A stretch of 64,000 bases of DNA, taken from contig CANAIR010000005.1 in NCBI GenBank assembly GCA_947361355.1, positions 21,762 through 85,761 on the forward strand, in the 5' to 3' direction. The notes beneath the pieces are model-generated. The model had not been told where the DNA came from. It worked only from the letters and a program-made list of their open reading frames with translations, and ran no database searches. Each line of letters begins with the position of its first letter. Position 1 is the first letter of the stretch. The DNA is from an uncultured Clostridium sp. (GTDB lineage: Bacteria > Bacillota > Clostridia > TANB77 > CAG-465). Shown here piece after piece: positions 60,934 through 64,000 of this stretch. A program made the position numbers and the translations under genes.

Positions 60934-62076
60934 ATGAAAGAATATTTTTATCACAGAGAATATAAATATATATATTTATCAACATTTTTTTATTCTTTTG
61001 CTAATGCGCTTATAGAATTGTTTGGCGTAATAATGCTGTATAAAGGTGGAATGCAGATATATAAAATTTTATTTATATATGGTTTGAGATTTGGGATAAT
61101 GGGTGCGTTTACTCCATTATTTTTAAAAGTATCATCAAAAGTTGGAATGGCAACTTGTTATCTTTTAGCAAATATTTTAAGAATAATAGGATCATATATG
61201 TTATTATTTAATGATACAAATAATTTATTGGTATTTATATTTGTTATAAGTATATCAGGTTCACTATCAAATCCAATTGCAGATGCAATGTCTAATAAAT
61301 ATGTGGAAAGTAGACATAGAGGAAAATTTAATAGTGTAATAACAATATCAAAAATTTTAGGACAAACATTTGCAAGTATAGTATTAACAATAGGTATTGT
61401 AACTTTAAACAATATACTATTATTAATAGTTGTTGCTGTATTTTTCTTAATTTGCTATTTTTTTGTTTTGAAAATAGATTATAAACCTAAAGTGCAAGAC
61501 AAAAGTATATTAAAAAAAACACTACAATTTATATTAAAAGAAAACAGTGATTTTAAAACAATATATTCTTTAAAAACAAACCATATAATTGAAAGATATT
61601 TTATACCGCTATATTTATATATTGTATTACAAGATTTTGTTTCTTTTTCTACAGTAATTACTGTATCATTAGCATTACAACTGATATCTGTTTTAGTAAT
61701 TGGAAAATTAACAGATAAAAATTTAAAAAAAACTAGTACTTTTGTTACAATTTTAAAATCTATAATAACATCTATATATTTATTTTTAAAAAATCCTTTA
61801 ATAATATCTTTAAATAAAATGGTAAGTGATAATTTTGATAAAGCATATGAGGCTTCAATACAGTCTTCAATACAAAATTTAATGAAAAAGTCTAATGAAA
61901 ATAAAGAAGTATTAGCAGCAGTTGGACAAATGAGTTTATGTTTTACAGAAGTAATAGTATTTTTAGTTTTGAGTTTTGTGAGTATATATATTAATGAATA
62001 TGTATTTTATATTATATTTGTATTATCGATAATATCAACTATTAGTATAAATAAAATAATAGTAAAAAATGATTAG
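60934..62076 (+). CDS. MFS-like transporter
   Basis: About 12 TM helices, RGKFNS, GKLTDK. Confidence 0.75.
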   Translation: MKEYFYHREYKYIYLSTFFYSFANALIELFGVIMLYKGGMQIYKILFIYGLRFGIMGAFTPLFLKVSSKVGMATCYLLANILRIIGSYMLLFNDTNNLLVFIFVISISGSLSNPIADAMSNKYVESRHRGKFNSVITISKILGQTFASIVLTIGIVTLNNILLLIVVAVFFLICYFFVLKIDYKPKVQDKSILKKTLQFILKENSDFKTIYSLKTNHIIERYFIPLYLYIVLQDFVSFSTVITVSLALQLISVLVIGKLTDKNLKKTSTFVTILKSIITSIYLFLKNPLIISLNKMVSDNFDKAYEASIQSSIQNLMKKSNENKEVLAAVGQMSLCFTEVIVFLVLSFVSIYINEYVFYIIFVLSIISTISINKIIVKND

Positions 62077-62093
62077 TAGGAGGAATAAAAAAT

Positions 62094-62795
62094 ATGCCAT
62101 CTTGGATTATGCACTTTGCAGTTGCAAATAAAGTAAGTGAAAAATTAGGATATAATAATGAACAAAAAAATGAATTTATATTTGCTAATATAGCACCAGA
62201 TATTTTTGAGGGATATTTAGTTAAAGATTTATCAAATTTAGTAAGAGATTATTCTACGCATTTTCCAGAAATTATGGAGATTAATGGTATGAATATTCCA
62301 ATACCAAATGTAGATAGATTTATACAAAAATATAAAAGTAAGTTAGATAATCCAGTAATATGTGGATATTTATGTCATTTATTAATTGATAGATTTTGGA
62401 ACACTTATACTTATGGTAAGTATTTATCTAATTTTAATAGAGAAAAAAAATTAGTAGTAATTAAAAATAAGGATGGGGGCAAAGATATAGAAAGCTTTTC
62501 AGTTGCAAGTAAGAGAAAACAAAAAGATTTTAAAAACTTTTGCAAGTATATTAAAAATAATTATAAAATTGATTTTCCATATTATAGTAAAAAAATATTA
62601 AAAGATATAAATGAGTTAGAAGAATTTAAATTTGAAGAAGAAGATATAAAAAAAACAATTAATTATATTGAAAATAATTTAAAAAATGTAGTTGAAAAAG
62701 AAAATAATGAGTATAAAATGTTTACTTTAGATGAATTATTAAAAAAACATAATGAATCAATAGATTATGTTTTAGAAAATTTAACTAAAAATTAA
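62094..62795 (+). CDS. Zinc-dependent phospholipase C-like protein
   Basis: MP...H, IAPD, THF, GYLCHL..D..W. Confidence 0.65.
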   Translation: MPSWIMHFAVANKVSEKLGYNNEQKNEFIFANIAPDIFEGYLVKDLSNLVRDYSTHFPEIMEINGMNIPIPNVDRFIQKYKSKLDNPVICGYLCHLLIDRFWNTYTYGKYLSNFNREKKLVVIKNKDGGKDIESFSVASKRKQKDFKNFCKYIKNNYKIDFPYYSKKILKDINELEEFKFEEEDIKKTINYIENNLKNVVEKENNEYKMFTLDELLKKHNESIDYVLENLTKN

Positions 62796-62844
62796 GTGAA
62801 ACTGTAATTTACAATTTATATATTACATGTTATAATATTAAAAG

Positions 62845-63099
62845 GTGAAAAGATGTATGTTAAAGCAAAAAGCATTTAATTATTTAACTTTAATACTTGC
62901 TATTATAACTATTTTTATGACTATATCAGCTGTACAAAACGAAGATAAAAAATGGCCTTGTGTTTGTATGTTAATTGTTACACTTTGTTTTAATTATATA
63001 AGTAAAAGATATAATGAACAAATAATTAATCTAAAAAGAAAAGATAAAGAAAAACTTGATATAATGCACAAGCAATTAGATAATAAAAAAGGTAAATAA
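62845..63099 (+). CDS. Small membrane protein
   Basis: 2 TM helices, basic tail. Confidence 0.55.
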   Translation: MKRCMLKQKAFNYLTLILAIITIFMTISAVQNEDKKWPCVCMLIVTLCFNYISKRYNEQIINLKRKDKEKLDIMHKQLDNKKGK

Positions 63100-63111
63100 A
63101 GGGAGTAGATT

Positions 63112-63474
63112 ATGAAATATTTATTTCTTGAGTATCCAAAATGCTCAACATGTATTAAAGCAAAAAAAATGTTAGATAATAATAATATAAATTATGATAA
63201 ACGTAATATTGTTATAGAAAATCCATCAACAGATGAAATTTCTGATTGGATAGTAAAATATAACTTAGATATAAAAAAATTATTTAATACAAGTGGAATG
63301 TTGTATAAGGATATGAAATTAAAAGATAGAATAAATGATATGTCAAATAAAGAAAAAATAGAGTTACTTGCAAGTAGTGGAATGCTTGTTAAAAGACCTA
63401 TATTAGTTGGAGGAGAAATTTTTTTAAATGGATTTAATGAGTCAAAATGGAAAGATAAGCTTAAAGTAAAATAA
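63112..63474 (+). CDS. ArsC/Spx/MgsR family protein
   Basis: YPKCSTC.KA, FNTSG..Y, MLVKRP. Confidence 0.9.
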   Translation: MKYLFLEYPKCSTCIKAKKMLDNNNINYDKRNIVIENPSTDEISDWIVKYNLDIKKLFNTSGMLYKDMKLKDRINDMSNKEKIELLASSGMLVKRPILVGGEIFLNGFNESKWKDKLKVK

Positions 63475-63487
63475 ATAGGAGAATAGA

Positions 63488-63958
63488 ATGGAGAATATGA
63501 CATCTTCTTTAGAAGAATATTTAAAAACTACATATATTTTATATAAAAAAAACAGTCAGATTAGAGTAACGGATATAGCTAATGAATTAAATTGCACAAA
63601 ATCAAGTGTAAATAGAGCTATTAAAATATTAGCTAAACAAGGATATATAAATTATGAAACATATGGTAATATAACTCTTACAAAGTTAGGTGTAAATAAA
63701 GCTTTAGAAATAGTAAGAAGAAATGAAATAATAAAAGCTTTTTTAATTCAAGTTTTAGATGTTGATGAAAAAGTTGCAAGTAAAGAGGCAAAAAACATGA
63801 AATATGCAGTATCTGAAGATACTATAACAAAACTTGAAAATTATATAGAAAATATTATAGATGTAGAAAATTTAAACTGTGATTTTGATCCAGATAGTGA
63901 AAAATGTAAATCTTGTATAAAGGTAACTGCAAAATATAGGTTAAAAAATAAAAACTAA
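63488..63958 (+). CDS. DtxR/MntR family metal-dependent regulator
   Basis: S.EEYLK.. , RVTDIA..L...KSSV.RA, ITLT..G. Confidence 0.88.
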   Translation: MENMTSSLEEYLKTTYILYKKNSQIRVTDIANELNCTKSSVNRAIKILAKQGYINYETYGNITLTKLGVNKALEIVRRNEIIKAFLIQVLDVDEKVASKEAKNMKYAVSEDTITKLENYIENIIDVENLNCDFDPDSEKCKSCIKVTAKYRLKNKN

Positions 63959-64000
63959 TTTTAAGTTTATAAAAAGGGGAAATGATAATGAAAAATATTT

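Noticed and set aside
1990..63503. Short antisense and alternate-frame ORFs in the track (e.g. 6214-6711, 22813-23061, 49371-49904)
   Set aside because: Shadows of well-supported genes; no RBS or family motifs.

Overview
Very AT-rich Firmicute (Clostridia-like) chromosomal window. About 1-28.7 kb is mostly backbone: gatCAB, a P-type ATPase, rubrerythrin/desulfoferrodoxin, tex, uvrA, rlmD and several orphan membrane proteins. At the 3' end of rlmD, two serine-recombinase elements sit in tandem, delimited by three copies of a 25-bp rlmD-end sequence (28623, 44811, 49901). Element 1 (~16 kb; TnpV, MobC, relaxase, ParB, XRE) carries a run of 12 unrelated co-oriented genes (34.4-42.0 kb), each separated from the next by the same short quasi-palindromic site AAATT-AC-AA(T/G)TT. 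This integron-like cassette array has no integron integrase and is the main candidate novel system. Element 2 (~5 kb; MATE, GNAT) has an array of 17-bp palindromes, and a C-terminus-like recombinase segment lies at its opposite end. Beyond 50 kb are decayed accessory genes, an MNT-HEPN toxin-antitoxin pair flanked by 27-bp direct repeats, and further small enzymes. Other notable signals are an (AC)12 tract in a leader peptide before a terminator and a pilin remnant, a candidate structured RNA, and possible +1 frameshifts at CGG. All product calls come from motif recognition by eye, not database searches.
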